This document shows positions 49,813 through 63,017 of a stretch of 64,000 bases of DNA, in pieces. The notes under the pieces are model-generated. The model was given only the letters and a program-made list of their open reading frames with translations, was not told the origin of the DNA and did no database searches. Source of the DNA: Felis catus (Eukaryota); the NCBI RefSeq assembly GCF_018350175.1, contig NC_058368.1:177198001-177262000 (forward strand). Direction: 5' to 3'. The position numbers and the translations under genes are program-made. The stretch's first letter is position 1, and each line of letters begins with the position of its first letter.

Positions 49813-51234
49813 GTGGGGGAATTGCTTTAATAAATCCTTTTGGAAATCAGGCCTAGGAATTTATTTATCTTACTCATCTTAGGAATCTACTGTGATAGGA
49901 CTACTTAGATAAAGGCAGTATAATCTTTGACTGCATTAACTGTGATACAGTGACAGTCACCAGAAAAAATAGTGGTCTCAGTGTATGTAGTCCTTATGAT
50001 CAGATCAGAGCTTGGATATTAGATCTAGTCCAGAGTAGGAGAATTAGTATATGAAAAGCCTGTAAACCACAATCAGGAAAGAGTATAAAGTGTCATTCTC
50101 AGAGTTGAAGAAACCATTAGTCTGTAAAGCATTTTAATGCACCATCTCATTTTGATATTTTCAAAATAGAGATTATTATCCCCATCTTATACAGATGAGG
50201 AAAACTGAGCTCTGAAAGTTTAAAAGAATTACTTACATCCTGCAAAGTTAATGCTACTATATGGCTTCTATTTATCTTGAAAAAGAGAACAAGTATTTAC
50301 CTTATATGGTGTTTTGTTGCCTTAAAATCTTTTTATAAAGTTCTTCCATCTGATTCTTACTGGTAGTATGCGAAAGGACAGTGGTTACTGGCAATTACCA
50401 TTTTTTAATGGTAAAAGACCAAGGGGCAGTGATGTTTCAGGATTATGTTTAAATATTTGTTTCATGTCAGAGAACTGCTACATGGTGAGCCTTCACTTGA
50501 AATTGAAGTTTTCTGCCTATACGTCTAGTGTTCCCACCACTACAATAGGTCTGGGAGGTGAGCTTTATTTTTTGTAGCTACAGAAGACTTGCCTAGAGCC
50601 ATAGGATGGGAGTTCACAGGTGGCAACGTTGATGAAAATGGTGATTTCCTTACTAGATGGCAGTGTCAGGCAGACTCTGAATCTTGGTTGTCTTTGGGAT
50701 GACCCTTGCATTGTGTGGGATAAATCTCATAAGGTTTAAGAATTTACAGACATGTGGTTCTTGCTTTTGAGGATTCTACCTCCATAAGAAGGGGATGAAG
50801 AAATGATTGGCAAAGATACATTTAAGGAGACCTGCCTTTAACTCTTGGATTGTCACTTGACTTTTCATAAGCTTTTTAAGATGTGTGAGTGTTTCTCCTT
50901 CTTTGTCTCCTTGGCTCCAAGAGATTCACATAGGTCATATATTAAATGGATGATTTGTTATGAGAGACGGTAAGTCAGAGGGGAAAGAACACAAACTTAG
51001 GAGCAAGAGATCGGAGTTGCAATCTTAGTTTTAGTATTCTATAGTTGTGAAACCTTGAGGACTTAATAACCTCTCTATGCCTCATCCTTAAAATTTGAGG
51101 AATCATTTCCCTGTAGTAGTTTTCTAAGAGTTATGTAAAAGAATGCAAATAAGTCTTTTTTCGTAACATCTGACAAATAGAGACCTGTCCAGGATCCACT
51201 TTTATACATAGAATCTGTTGCCATCAAAACAGTT

Positions 51235-51372
51235 TTTTGTTTTTTTTTTTAATTTTGAGGGTGCCTGGGTGGCTCAGTCAGTTGGGGATCTGACTGTGCT
51301 GACAGCTCAGAGCCTGGAGCCTGCTTTGGATTCTGTGTCTCCCTCTCTGTCTGCCCCTTCCCCGGTCGCGCG

Positions 51373-51426
<54 letters not shown>

Positions 51427-51552
51427 AATAAATAACCATTAAAAAAATAAATGTATTTTTTTTAAGTAAGCTCTGTGCCCATCCTGGAGCTTGACCTCAC
51501 AACCCCCAGATCAAGAGTTGCATGCTCTACTGATTGAACCAGCCAGGCACCC
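51235..51552. mobile_element. Internally deleted plus Can-SINE (51258-51450) nested in an older minus SINE
   Basis: Outer TSD tgccatcaa; (CT)n 51378-51423. Confidence 0.8.
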
Positions 51553-51760
51553 TGCCATCAATTATTTTATCTTAAAAACTCAGAACCAAAAAGAAGTGTA
51601 TGTGTTTATGTACTCATGCACTTGTATATCTGAACTTTTGATACTCGTCAGGTATGTTACCTGGTTCAGGATTTCTTTATTCCTCTTACCTTTACAGAAA
51701 CGGTGACTGGTACATTTCCATCTCCCTTCCCATTCCTTCATTGCCTTTTCTATTTTGTAG

Positions 51761-51947
51761 AGCAAGGCTTAGATCACATAGCAGAAAACATTCTTTCTTA
51801 CCTGGATGCCAGGTCTCTGTGTGCAGCAGAGCTGGTATGTAAAGAATGGCAGCGAGTGATCTCGGAAGGAATGCTTTGGAAGAAGCTGATTGAAAGGATG
51901 GTGCGCACTGACCCTCTGTGGAAGGGACTTTCAGAAAGAAGAGGGTG
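51761..51947 (+). CDS. FBXW11: FBXW11 exon, F-box ([15 protein letters not shown]...KGLSERRGW)
   Basis: tattttgtag|AG ... TG|gtaagt; 187 nt, phase 1-2; overlaps ORF 51703..51951. Confidence 0.97.
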
Positions 51948-52815
51948 GTAAGTTGCTGGGTTGCTTGTTCCCCTGAAAAACGTTTCTTGCACGTAGGGTC
52001 AGTTTGGTTATTCAAACAAGCAGTTTGACTTGCCAGATGTGTTGGCCTATTTTGAAGTGGGAAGGAGGAGTGGTCACAAGCGGCACGTGGGGGAGGGGGA
52101 GTTAAAGCTGTTAGAGTAATTCCTTCTGCAATGCATATTTCCTTTACAAGTATTAACTGTTAGGAAGTATTATATAGTTTGAGTGAGTGATTGGGCTTTT
52201 CAAATCTATGAGTTTATGTTTTCGTTTTCCTTTCACATTTTTCTTAGGTGATGATACTATTACCAAAAGATAGATAAGAAAAAAGAAAATATGAGAAAGT
52301 CAATAACATTTTGTTTTTGGTCATTGCTCTGACTGAAGATATGGGAGGCGAGGCGGGCAGGAATTTTCGGCCGACCCATTAACTTACGTACAGTTCTTTA
52401 CCTTTATACGTGTCCATAACCTGGCCCACTTAGCACAGAAAGAGAGTTACACCTTGTACAGGCTATGGTGTGAGTGAGGGATAGGGCTGTTGTTTTCCTT
52501 ATGGGAGGAAGTTTGATGTGTCCCAAGTAAGGTTTTTCACAAAGCTGCCTTAGCGTTTTTTATTAAATTGTAGAATGAAAGGCTGGATTAATATGCGTTG
52601 GGTATTCAGAAAATAAAAGGCCAGGATTGTGCTAGAGAGCTGGAAGTTAAAGTACATTTGTGTCTAATATGGAAATGTAATGGTCAGAAATCCTACTTTT
52701 GAACTGTTAAAATCAAAGCACTCGAAGGGTACACTATCTTTGTCAGCACCACGTTTAAATAAAATTCACCTTTTTATGTGCAAGATTATAACATCTGTTT
52801 GTTTCCATTTGCCAG

Positions 52816-52906
52816 GGATCAGTACCTGTTTAAGAACAGACCTACAGATGGCCCTCCCAATTCATTTTATAGGTCATTATACCCAAAGATTATCCAGGAC
52901 ATAGAG
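52816..52906 (+). CDS. FBXW11: FBXW11 exon ([30 protein letters not shown])
   Basis: ccatttgccag|G GAT ... GAG|gtaact; 91 nt, phase 2-0; correct frame absent from the ORF track. Confidence 0.96.
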
Positions 52907-55882
52907 GTAACTTTATGATTTATCTGTTTTATGGGCTCTTTGTGTCTTGTTCTCAACTTTTTATGTTGCCTTAGAGCGTTTTGTTGATCTAAAAACATGG
53001 AGCTAGTAATTTTTTTTTTTAAGTTGAACTCTTGAAGCAAATATGTCAACAGTCAGTCTAACCTGCAGCCATACTTCAGGGTAGATAATGCCTGTTTGTA
53101 AAAACTGACCTTACTTTTCTAAAACCTGAAATGCTTCTGCAAAGTTGCCAGTTAATTAAAACCTGAGTCCAAAGTCAGCTTTTTATTCTAATTTGATAAA
53201 TTTTCCAAAATCCCAGGCACAGTTTTTCAGGTTAGCAGTTTTACATTTTTGAGCCATCTCTAGAGAATTAGAGAAGGCACAAGGCTCAGTTTCTTCTGTA
53301 AATTTCCCATAATTTTTTTCATAAAAATGTCTCAAATATGAATCTAAGCAATAGTTAAGTGGGTTTTATACAGCAAATTATGCTCCTGGACCATTTTGGA
53401 TTTGAGTGTAACTTCACCAGACCAGTAAAACTCTGTAAACTTGATGAGAAACATTGGAGATGTTTGATATTATTCATGTGTTCTAATTAGTTCAGTTTTA
53501 TTATTTAGCCCTTTTCCTTGAACCAGGAAAGACAGGCACAGGCATTTCTCATTAACTCTTTCACATGTGTTCTTGGCAGGTCTTGGTTACTTCACTATTT
53601 CCTCCTTGGCGAAAAGTTTAGCCTTTGCTAGGCAGTGCTGTATCACCCATAAAGTTATACTCAGTTTCCCAAATGTCAAGTAATCCTCTCTCCCAGGTGA
53701 TAGACATAAAAGTTATTGTGCCAAAATTCATTAATGGAGAAACATGTGCTTTTTGGGGAGTTCTCCCCCACCCCCTTCCCTTTTAAGGCAGATGTGAACT
53801 GATGGAATCATTAGGTTAATGGTAAATTTCAATGTGACTGGAACATCATATTTAAAACACAAACCCTTGTTTTGAGTATCTACTTCCTAAAATGAGCTGT
53901 AAAGCAATCTTTTACGGAGGGCTAAATAATTTAAAACTTCTGCCTGACTAATCAAAGGTTAGGAATTACTTGATCCACTGGAAGTTCAAAACTTAGAATA
54001 AATTGCTCCTACACTGTTAACTTGAATCTTGAGTCGGTGTGTGTGTGTTTTAGGGGAGAGGAGCTGTCTCTTACCCCAAGATAGTTGTACTAATTATTGC
54101 TTTGCATACATATTAGAAACTATATTACTTTTCGCTTCTTTTTTCAACTGTTCTTTCCAAAGCAACTCCAGATTTCCTTGACTAATTTCAGCAAATCCTT
54201 TGTTATGAGAAGGATGATGTTTAAAGTCAATATTAATAAATAGGAACTCTGGAAGAACTTTGATCAGGTTGAAGATTTTGGTGACATAGATTATTTAATC
54301 CTCATGAGTACTGTTATAATCAGTAGTATGAACTCAGTACTCTGTGGCATGGTAATATGTGACACTACCTACCGTAACCATTTCCTCAGGCTAAAATAAT
54401 ATTTTAAAGTTAGTGGAGGAGGCAGATGTGAGGGAAATAGAGCTATGGGGGAAAACCCTATTTGATGCAAAACCTCTACATCATGGTGGTCTACCCAGTG
54501 GTTCTTAAAGTGTGGTTTGGGAAAACCCACTGGTGGCCCACAAGAGTCTCCTCCAGATTTTTGTGGGCTAGATCTCTTAGTGTAAGGGATGATGTTTTAT
54601 ACTTTGGCATATTCACTAATAGTAGTCATAATAAAAAATAATGTATCATGCCTACAAGACCGTTTACTTGTACTAGATACTTTGTTAAGCATCTTATGAT
54701 ACACTTTTCCATTTAGCATTCTGAACAGTACCTGAAAGGTAGGCCATGTCCTTACTCAGAGCTAAGGAAATGGAGACTCAACAACATTAAATAGCTCGCC
54801 CCAGATCACACAGTGAGTAATAGAGTCTGTGATCAACCTACAATTCTTCTGCACTTACTACCACTTTTTTATACTCGAGATCACTGGTGCCTCATCAGAA
54901 TAGAGTTCTTTACCTCTGTTTTGGGAGTGTGTTTTATTCTGACCAGGGTGAACACACATGTAGAGAGTTGTGTCAGTGACCTATGGATCAAACAAATAGA
55001 GACTCAAGGACTTGATTCTTGACCATATGGCTGGCATGAAACTCTCATAGCAGAAGAGAATAATTACAGGTACCCTCTGTTGAGCTCTTGCAGTATACCA
55101 TGAACTATGTTGTATGACTTACAAAGAGTATTGCGTTTAATTCTTACAACAAGGTACATATTATCCCTATCTGTAACAAGGGAAAACTGAGACTAAGAGA
55201 TGGGAATTGACCTGAGGTCTGTTTAGCTTTGGGGTTAGTGTGTTGTTTATCATTTTCAAAGTGGAAAAGTCAGGAAGTGGAGAAAGAGGTGTGATGTTAC
55301 ATGCCTATGGACTTTTCAAGGTGATCTCATCTCTCCCCAGTTGTGTGAGTACTCAGCATCCTTGACTGCTAGTTTAAAAAAGGGGCATGAGTTAAGGTAA
55401 GATTAATTGGCCTTGTTATAGTCTACTTACGGCAAAGGTAGTATTTTAAAGGGTTTTAATTTTAAGAAGCACATTGCCAAAGATAAATTACACCCCGAGC
55501 ATCAAGTGGGTGCTTGTGCCCCCTGCCCAGTTGCCCCTCCATGCCTGCAGAGTCTCTGTGTAGTTCCCATATACTTGGCGAAGTTGCCAGTACACAACAG
55601 CTTCTTCTTTTCTTGCTCTACTTTGACAGCTGTGTTTCAGGTACTGTCTTGTGTCATCTGTCCATTCCTAGATTTGACTGTGATGAGCAGATGACCTTGC
55701 CTTTCTACATTGACCCATCACAAATCGGCTAATTTTTAAGAAAAAAAATAGAAAACCTAGCTTAGTGTGGCCAACTCCCATTATTGAGGAAACGAAGATG
55801 TGAGAGATGAAGCCTGGGGAGAATAAATAAGAATTCTTAGCTTTCTGCAAAGCTTCATTTCTCTTGGGTGTTCTTGCCACAC

Positions 55883-55900
55883 GGGGGGGGGGGGGGGGGG
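55883..55900. repeat. G18 homopolymer
   Basis: Direct reading. Confidence 0.9.
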
Positions 55901-56939
55901 ACGGGACGTGGTTTAGAGTACCTCTGAGTTGAGAAGGAATTCCTGGAAAACCCGAGGCACATTCCTCAAAGGTGCAGCCATATTTCTCCTGCTATCTAGA
56001 GTCTCAGTTGTTCTGCTCACTGCTAATGGTGAGCTTACTATTAGGTGCTTTGCTGCAGTGATTTGATTTAACTCTCAGACGATCAAAACAGTCTTAGTCC
56101 AAAGCTCATGCTCTTTTCATGCTCTTTTGGGGGTCTACCATGCCCCCAATCGTCTCTCAGCAGAGGTGGGAATTGTTACAATAGACTTAATCAGAATTCT
56201 GTGTCCTGAACTTGGATTTTTCTCTGTTGCCATCTCAGAGTAGTGTAAACTCTTTCATGTAATATGCATTTCCCCTCTTTTTATTCACTGGATTAAAGCC
56301 TTTGAAGCACTCTCCTTGGAATAGACCACTGGTAAAATGATGGTGTGTTGTATCGCACCTTTTAATAAACCACATTTTATTCAGGGAAAGTGGGAAGCTT
56401 TTTTGTGGTTTGCAAACTTGATATTAATATTGTCCTGACCAGAAAATGCTGAAACTTGCCCACCCACCCAGTTGTGTTTAGGCTTCTAAAAATAATGTTA
56501 TTCCTCCATACTCAGACATCTGTTTTCACTCTATTGCCAATTTAAATGCCGCTGTATACTCTGTGTATCATGGCTACTTTCCCAGTATTTTTAAAATTTG
56601 CACAGGGTAAGGGGATTTTACAAGTTCTCAAAAACACGAAGGACTCCTCTACAGTAGCCACACCACATGATGTCTAAGTGTAATGGCAGGTATCTGCATA
56701 ATTAAAGAGGTGCACCTGTGTATGCCCTGTATCCCTGCTGCTGGAGTCACAGTTGAAATGCACTGGAAGGCTGAGCCCCTTCCCAGGAATGGTTAGGGAG
56801 GGCCCAGGGCTAGCAGCATTAGATACCAGCCCAGACCGAGACAACCGTTCCTGACATCTTGGTGAGAAGATTTTGTTGGTCACAGCCTACTCCTTTGGGT
56901 CTGTGTTCTCCGCAGCTGAGGAGGAGCATCGCTGCTGTC

Positions 56940-57110
56940 GTTTGTAGGCACTGTGATGAGCACTTTATATGTGTAATTTCATTTGCTCCTTACAAGAGTT
57001 TTAAGGAAGTAGATCTTATTTTTCCCATTTTTACAGAGGAGGAAACTGCAGCGCAAACAGTCCCACCTCATTTGCCAAAGCTGCTAACTGACCTAGGTAT
57101 TTTCTGTACC
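56940..57110 (-). mobile_element. MIR
   Basis: cccatttttacagaggaggaaactg core. Confidence 0.6.
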
Positions 57111-60100
57111 ACACTGGGCTGCCTTCCATTTTTAAGGGTCTAGTATTTTATTTTTTATTTATTTATTTTTTTAAAGACCTGGCTTATAAGCATTCTAGTA
57201 AGAGTTGAGGTCGTCGAATATGGTGGTAGGTAGTATTTTGGGCAGTCATAGTCAGCAGGACGTGCTGCTTTCTTTTGTGGGTGGCCCAGGGAATTGAGAA
57301 GAGTAGAGTCTCAGGAGTTACACGAGATTGGTGTGCAGCAAAACCATCTGTTCCCTGCTCTGGGTTAGTGTCCCTTTCCTGGCATTTTGAAACAAACCAC
57401 TTCTGTGGTGATTCAGGAGCTTAAAAATTTTTTTTTAACACAGCCTTAAGCGGGAGCTCCCTCAAACGACCCATCAAGAATGACCTGGCAGACCTTTTAT
57501 TTAAAATTCAGAAATGTATTTTAGAAAAACTAGGCTCTTTTCTGAATATTGAAAAGCTAAGCCATTTCCTAGTTCTTAACTTCCATTCAGCTTAGAACAA
57601 GAGCCTGTTATCTGACAGCTTTGGAGAGGGCCTGGCCTCCATTTCTCATGTGAGGGCCAGAGGCAGAGGGTATGGCCCAGGCTGTCACGTCAGGCGGTGT
57701 TCTCTGACCAGGCGTTGCAGGGGATGGGTGTACCCCAGGATGACTGCTGCCTCACCCCAACTCCTCGTTGGTCCTCTCTGCTGTATCTTTAGGTTTTTAG
57801 GTATAGTAAAAGATTGTAATCAAGTCGCCCAGTTCTAGAAAACATTTTCCACTCGAGGGAGCATATAGGCAGTTCTTTTTGGTATGAGGCTTCTTCTGCT
57901 TTCTCTTTTTACATTATTTTTTTTTCAGTCTCCCATGTGATAGTAAATACTTTTCCTTTGCATTGAAATATATAGAGTAACAAAGCTGCTTTACTGATTT
58001 GATGATATTTTAAAGCAAATGTTTATGTTTTATAACTGAAAGCAGTTGTATGAATTTTTAAAATAACACCCGAGATGCACACACATATATATATACACAC
58101 ACACACATATGCATATATATGTATATATGTAAGTTATGTTACGTATTCAACTTTGTAATACTTCGGGCTTATATGGAGTCATGCCTTCTGCAGCAACTCT
58201 CTGGGCCCCTGTAGGGTGTAGCCTGAATATCGGTAACCACTGCCAAGAGTCACTGGCCATGAATGAGACTTGTTACCAGTGCATCTGTCTCCTAAGTCAG
58301 CGTTTTCCTGGTATACTTAGCATGCTGAGGTGGCTCAGTCACTATCTAAAAATATATTAGCTCTCTAAATGATTCTAAGCATTGAGTTCAGTTTAAGTCT
58401 TTTTTTCTGGACCCCTTTTCTAAAAGTCGCTTATATGCTCAGATCTGTTATCTACGTTGGTAGCGGTAACAGAGGTGGGGTGAATTATTAATATTCTTAT
58501 TATTAATTTTGGTTTTGGAATATTGTTTATTTCTGACATTTCACAAACTTACTGGAGATGATGATGCTGGCTCAGAAGCTCTGACTTGGTAGCAGATGGG
58601 CAGATGAGCGTTTCCTCACTCCTGGCATCTCCATGACACCTCCTTGCATCCCTCGGGTGTTAGAAATATGCAATCCTGCCCTCTCTCAAGGCTGTACATA
58701 GGAGCTCTTTGAGGGCAGGGATTATATTTCCAGGCTCCTGTGCTAAGTGTGGAGGCCACAAATGATGAAACATTTTCCTTTTTAGGTATACGTGTATCAC
58801 TATCTCCAACCTTCCATTTCTTTTTCTATAAAAGGAGGACAGTAATTTCGGCTTCAGAGTTGTGACGATTAAATTAGCTATAAAATATTTAAATCACATA
58901 CCATAGTGTTATGAAAGCATAGCACCTGGCACATAACATTCAGTAAATTTGAACAGTTTAGAGCATACAGAAGCATACTGCCTTCAACATAAGAGGAGAT
59001 ACAGTTTGTCAGATGTCAGCAGAGCTAGTAATTAAGTGCATATTGTGAATGAAGATGAGATTTATCACCTTCCTTTAGCAGAGCAACTAATTAAACTTTC
59101 AGCTACTCATATAATTAACTACTCAGAGATAATCTTTCAGGCTATATCCTGAACTCAGGTGTAACCAATTATTTTAGTCCCCATCGTCCCCTAATTTCAA
59201 GGATTTGGAGTTGACGCTCGGGTTGTTCTTAGAAACATTGTGCCCTTTGATCCTAAAAATGCCTCGTATCTACTACCAAAGCTTAGGTCTTCTAGTGCCC
59301 TGGGCATGATCCACTTTCTCATTAAACTTTGCCCACTGGTCTGAGGCCTTGGTTCTGTTTTTCTCCTGTAAGTGTCCTACAGAACTTATAGTTTTAATCA
59401 CTCATTTGGCACTCATATTTTATCTGAAATTGTTACCGATCTTATGTTCTGTGTTCACTGCCTCAATAGCTAGGACTGTACTTCTTTACAGACACCGCAT
59501 ATTTTAGTGGAAAAGCATGGACTCGTTGTCAGGAAGAACCGGGTATAATTTCCATTTAGTCTAGTTACTTAGTTTTGTGGCCTCAGGAAATTAAACTCTT
59601 CCCTTGTTTTTAAAAGGGAAGTAATAAGAACTTCCTTCCAAGGTTAGTGTGTGGATCATTTAACCAGATAAACATCTTTTGAGTATATCTAGTTCCAGGT
59701 ACTGTGTGCCTAGATACCTGTGTGCCTGTAGTGGTAGCTCCCTTGAACAGTGTGCTTCCTGTTCTTTTAATCCCCAGCACCTAGCACAGTCAGTATATGG
59801 AAAAATTAGCATCTCAGTAAATGTTGCATGAATGATGGAAGAATGTTATCCAGGGCCCAGGTGTGCCATTCTTATTCTAAAAGACCTTTCAGTCTAGTAG
59901 ATGATTAAAAATGGATAACAAATAAAATTCTTTCTGTAGTAGTTGACAGGTAGTAATCGTTCGATGTCTTTTCTCAGTGATTAAGACAATGCCTTGGATG
60001 GATACATAGATTGTCAGTATATGCTTAATGTTGGTGGTGGTCTTCTGCCAAATATTTTAATTGGCATTAGAGAGTGACCCAGTGAGTTACTACGTATTTG

Positions 60101-60399
60101 TATATTTTGGGTGCAAATGGCATTCTTTAAGCATATTGAGTTCTGTCTAGGCTAGTTTTTTTCAAACCCAACTCAAACTCATTGGAAATCCTATGGTGGT
60201 TGCCAGATAGGGAGCGTTTGACAAAAAACACTGTTGGGCTAATGTCTTACTTGGAAAGAGCATGATTCCTATCCACAGACAGTTATGCAAACCAAGATGG
60301 GGTATCTGGTATGCTGTTCCTGGAAGCAACACTAGAGTCTGAAGCCTAATAGAATGGTTGATTCACAAAAACTCATCTGTTGCCTCCTTTTCCCCCCAG

Positions 60400-60537
60400 A
60401 CTATAGAATCTAACTGGCGGTGTGGACGACACAACTTGCAGAGGATTCAGTGCCGCTCTGAAAATAGTAAAGGTGTCTACTGTTTACAGTATGATGATGA
60501 AAAAATTATCAGTGGCCTACGAGATAATTCTATTAAG
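60400..60537 (+). CDS. FBXW11: FBXW11 exon, linker and first WD40 repeat (TIESNWRCG...GLRDNSIK)
   Basis: ttccccccag|ACT ... AAG|gtgaat; 138 nt, phase 0-0. Confidence 0.97.
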
Positions 60538-61272
60538 GTGAATGACTGTATTTTGTATGTGTTCTTCTTAGAATTGTGGTTGTGTTAGATACTAGATCAC
60601 TGAATCTCTCCATTTATTCCAGACTGTTTTCATCAGTGCCCTTCCATCTTGGCAGCTCTCAGTGTGGTTCTCAGGAACCGCAGAGTGTTTCCCTAGACTA
60701 ACACAAGAGCCCTGGATTGTCTCATTTCTTATCCTTCTCTAAGCACATGTGCATTCTGTGTTCTGTGTTTAGGTGCGCATGGAAAATATCTCAGTATCAC
60801 AGGACTCTTGCTGACTTTGCTAGCTGGTGGAGGCATTGCTGCCTTGCCTGTAAATCAAAGTCATTGCCTTTTATGGGTGCTGACGAAGGCTCAAGTGATA
60901 ACACAAAAGAATGATAGAGCAATTTATATTTATATGTTTTAATTCACTCTTCAAAAGTAGATAAGCTGGATCATTTCTGTGTTTTTAATGTTCAGCAGCT
61001 GATCTGACAGATTTTGTTTTACATTGTTTATAGCTTATTTTCTCGTATTTAAGAAAACATAGCAGGATTTTTTTTTTTTTTGCCATTTTTTTTAAAGTTA
61101 CAAGTTACATACAGGAAAATTCACTCTTTTTGTTGTAAAGTTTTATGAGTTTTGACAAGCACAAAGAATTGTGTAACCGTAACAAAAATCAAGATATAGA
61201 ACAGTTCCATCATCCCCAGAAGTTCCCTTATTCAGCCCCTTTGTGTTCAGTTATTCCCCTTAGGCACTGGGC

Positions 61273-61539
61273 TTTTTAAATTTATTTATTTACTTTTTAA
61301 TTTTTTTTTAAAGTTTATTTTTGAGAGAGCACGCGCGAGTGCAAGTGAGCACGTGTGCTCATGTGGAGGGGGGGGAGGGGCAGAGAGAGTGGGAGACTGA
61401 GAATCCCAGGCAGGCTCCAGACTCTGTGCTGTCAGTGCAGAACCCTACTTGGGGCTTGAACTCAACGAACCTGTGAGATCATGACCTGAGCTGAAACCGG
61501 GAGTTGGATGCTTGACCAGCCGAGCCACCCAGGTGCCCC
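61273..61539 (-). mobile_element. Can-SINE
   Basis: Consensus match. Confidence 0.88.
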
Positions 61540-62172
61540 AACCTTTTTTTTTCTCAGTCTTTTTTTCCCTATCCTTATAATTTTGCTTTTTAGAGAACAG
61601 TCTGTAAATGGACTCACACAGTATGTAGCTTTTTGAGTTTGGCTTCTTATACTTAGCATCTTAGATGAGATTATCTCCTTTGTTACATTTAGCAGTAGTT
61701 GATTCCCTTTTCTTGCTGAGTAGCAGTCTACTTTCTGGTGCACCCCAGTGTGTTTATCCGTCTACCTGTTGAAGGACATTTGTGTTTCCAGTTTTCACAA
61801 TTATGAATAAAGCCACGATAAACATGTATGCAAGTTTTTATGAGAACATACATTTTCAGTTCGCTTGCGTAAAAACATAGGAGTGGGATTGTTGACCCAT
61901 ATGGTAAGTATCTGTATTTCTTGCTAAGAAATGGCCAAGCTGGTTTTCAAAGTGGCTGTACTATTTTATGTTCCTATCAATAAGGTATGAGAGTTCCCTT
62001 TGTTATGCAGCCTTGTCAGCCCTTGGTATTCTCAGGTTGATATTTGCCATTCTAATAAGTATGTAGACATATGTCATTTTGAGTTAATTTACATTTCCCC
62101 AATGACTGATGATCACATGATCTTTTCATGTGCTTATTTGCCATCTGTATATTTGGTGGTGAAGTATCCAAA

Positions 62173-62174
<2 letters not shown>

Positions 62175-62203
<29 letters not shown>

Positions 62204-62374
62204 TGTTTGTTTATTTTGAGAGAGAGAGAGCGAGCGAGCAGGGGAGGGGCAGAGAGAAAGAGGGAGACACAGAATCCAAAGCAGGCTTCAGGCCCTGAGC
62301 TGTCAGCACAGAGCCCGACACGGGGCTCAAACCCACGAACTGTGAGATCATGACCTGAGCCACCCAGGCGCCCC
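62175..62374 (-). mobile_element. Can-SINE with internal deletion
   Basis: TSD gtgaagtatccaaatctttt. Confidence 0.9.
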
Positions 62375-62467
62375 GTGAAGTATCCAAATCTTTTGTCCAT
62401 TTTTAAAATGGGTTGTTTTCATATTATTGAACTTTGAGAGTTCTTTACATATTCTGAATACAAATCC

Positions 62468-62659
62468 TTTTTTTTAAAAATATTTTTATTTATTTTTGAG
62501 AGAGTGCAAGTAGGGGAAGGGCAGAGAGGGGGACAGAGGATCTGAAGTGGGCTCTGTGCTGACAGCAGCTAGCCCGATGTTGGACTTGACCTCACAAATT
62601 GAGAGATCCTGACCTGAGCTGAAGTTCTATGCTCAACTGACTGAGCCACCCAGGTTCCC
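62468..62659 (-). mobile_element. Can-SINE
   Basis: TSD atacaaatccttttt. Confidence 0.9.
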
Positions 62660-62813
62660 TTGGATACAAATCCTTTTTTGAGATATGTTTTGCAGATATT
62701 TTCTTCCAGTCTTGTCTTCTCATTTCCTCAATGATATCTTTCATAGACCAGGAGATTTTGATTTTGATTTTGATGAAGAATAGTGTACCATTTTTTTCTT
62801 TTATGGATCATGC

Positions 62814-63017
62814 TTTTTTATTTTAAAGTTCATTTGTTTTGAGAGAGAGAGTGTATGAGAGTGGGGGAGGGGCAGAGAGAGAAGGAGAGAGAATCCCAAG
62901 CAGGCTCTGTACTGTCAGTGCAGGGCTGATGCAGGGCTCAATCCCATGAACTGAGAGATCAATACCTGAGCAGAAATCAAGAGTCAGATGCTCAACCAAC
63001 TGAGCCATCTAGGTGCC
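62814..63017 (-). mobile_element. Can-SINE
   Basis: TSD ttatggatcatgctttt. Confidence 0.9.

Larger units (their letters stand above)
47760..50040 (+). mobile_element. Ancient L3/CR1 LINE remnant (fragmented, with younger insertions)
   Basis: Degenerate CR1 ORF2 peptides: ITN*EDLVDDMEVMWTL (about 47935), GAVLGSDPFNMFAKNL (about 49345), LDDRIRI, IFDCI. Confidence 0.5.
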
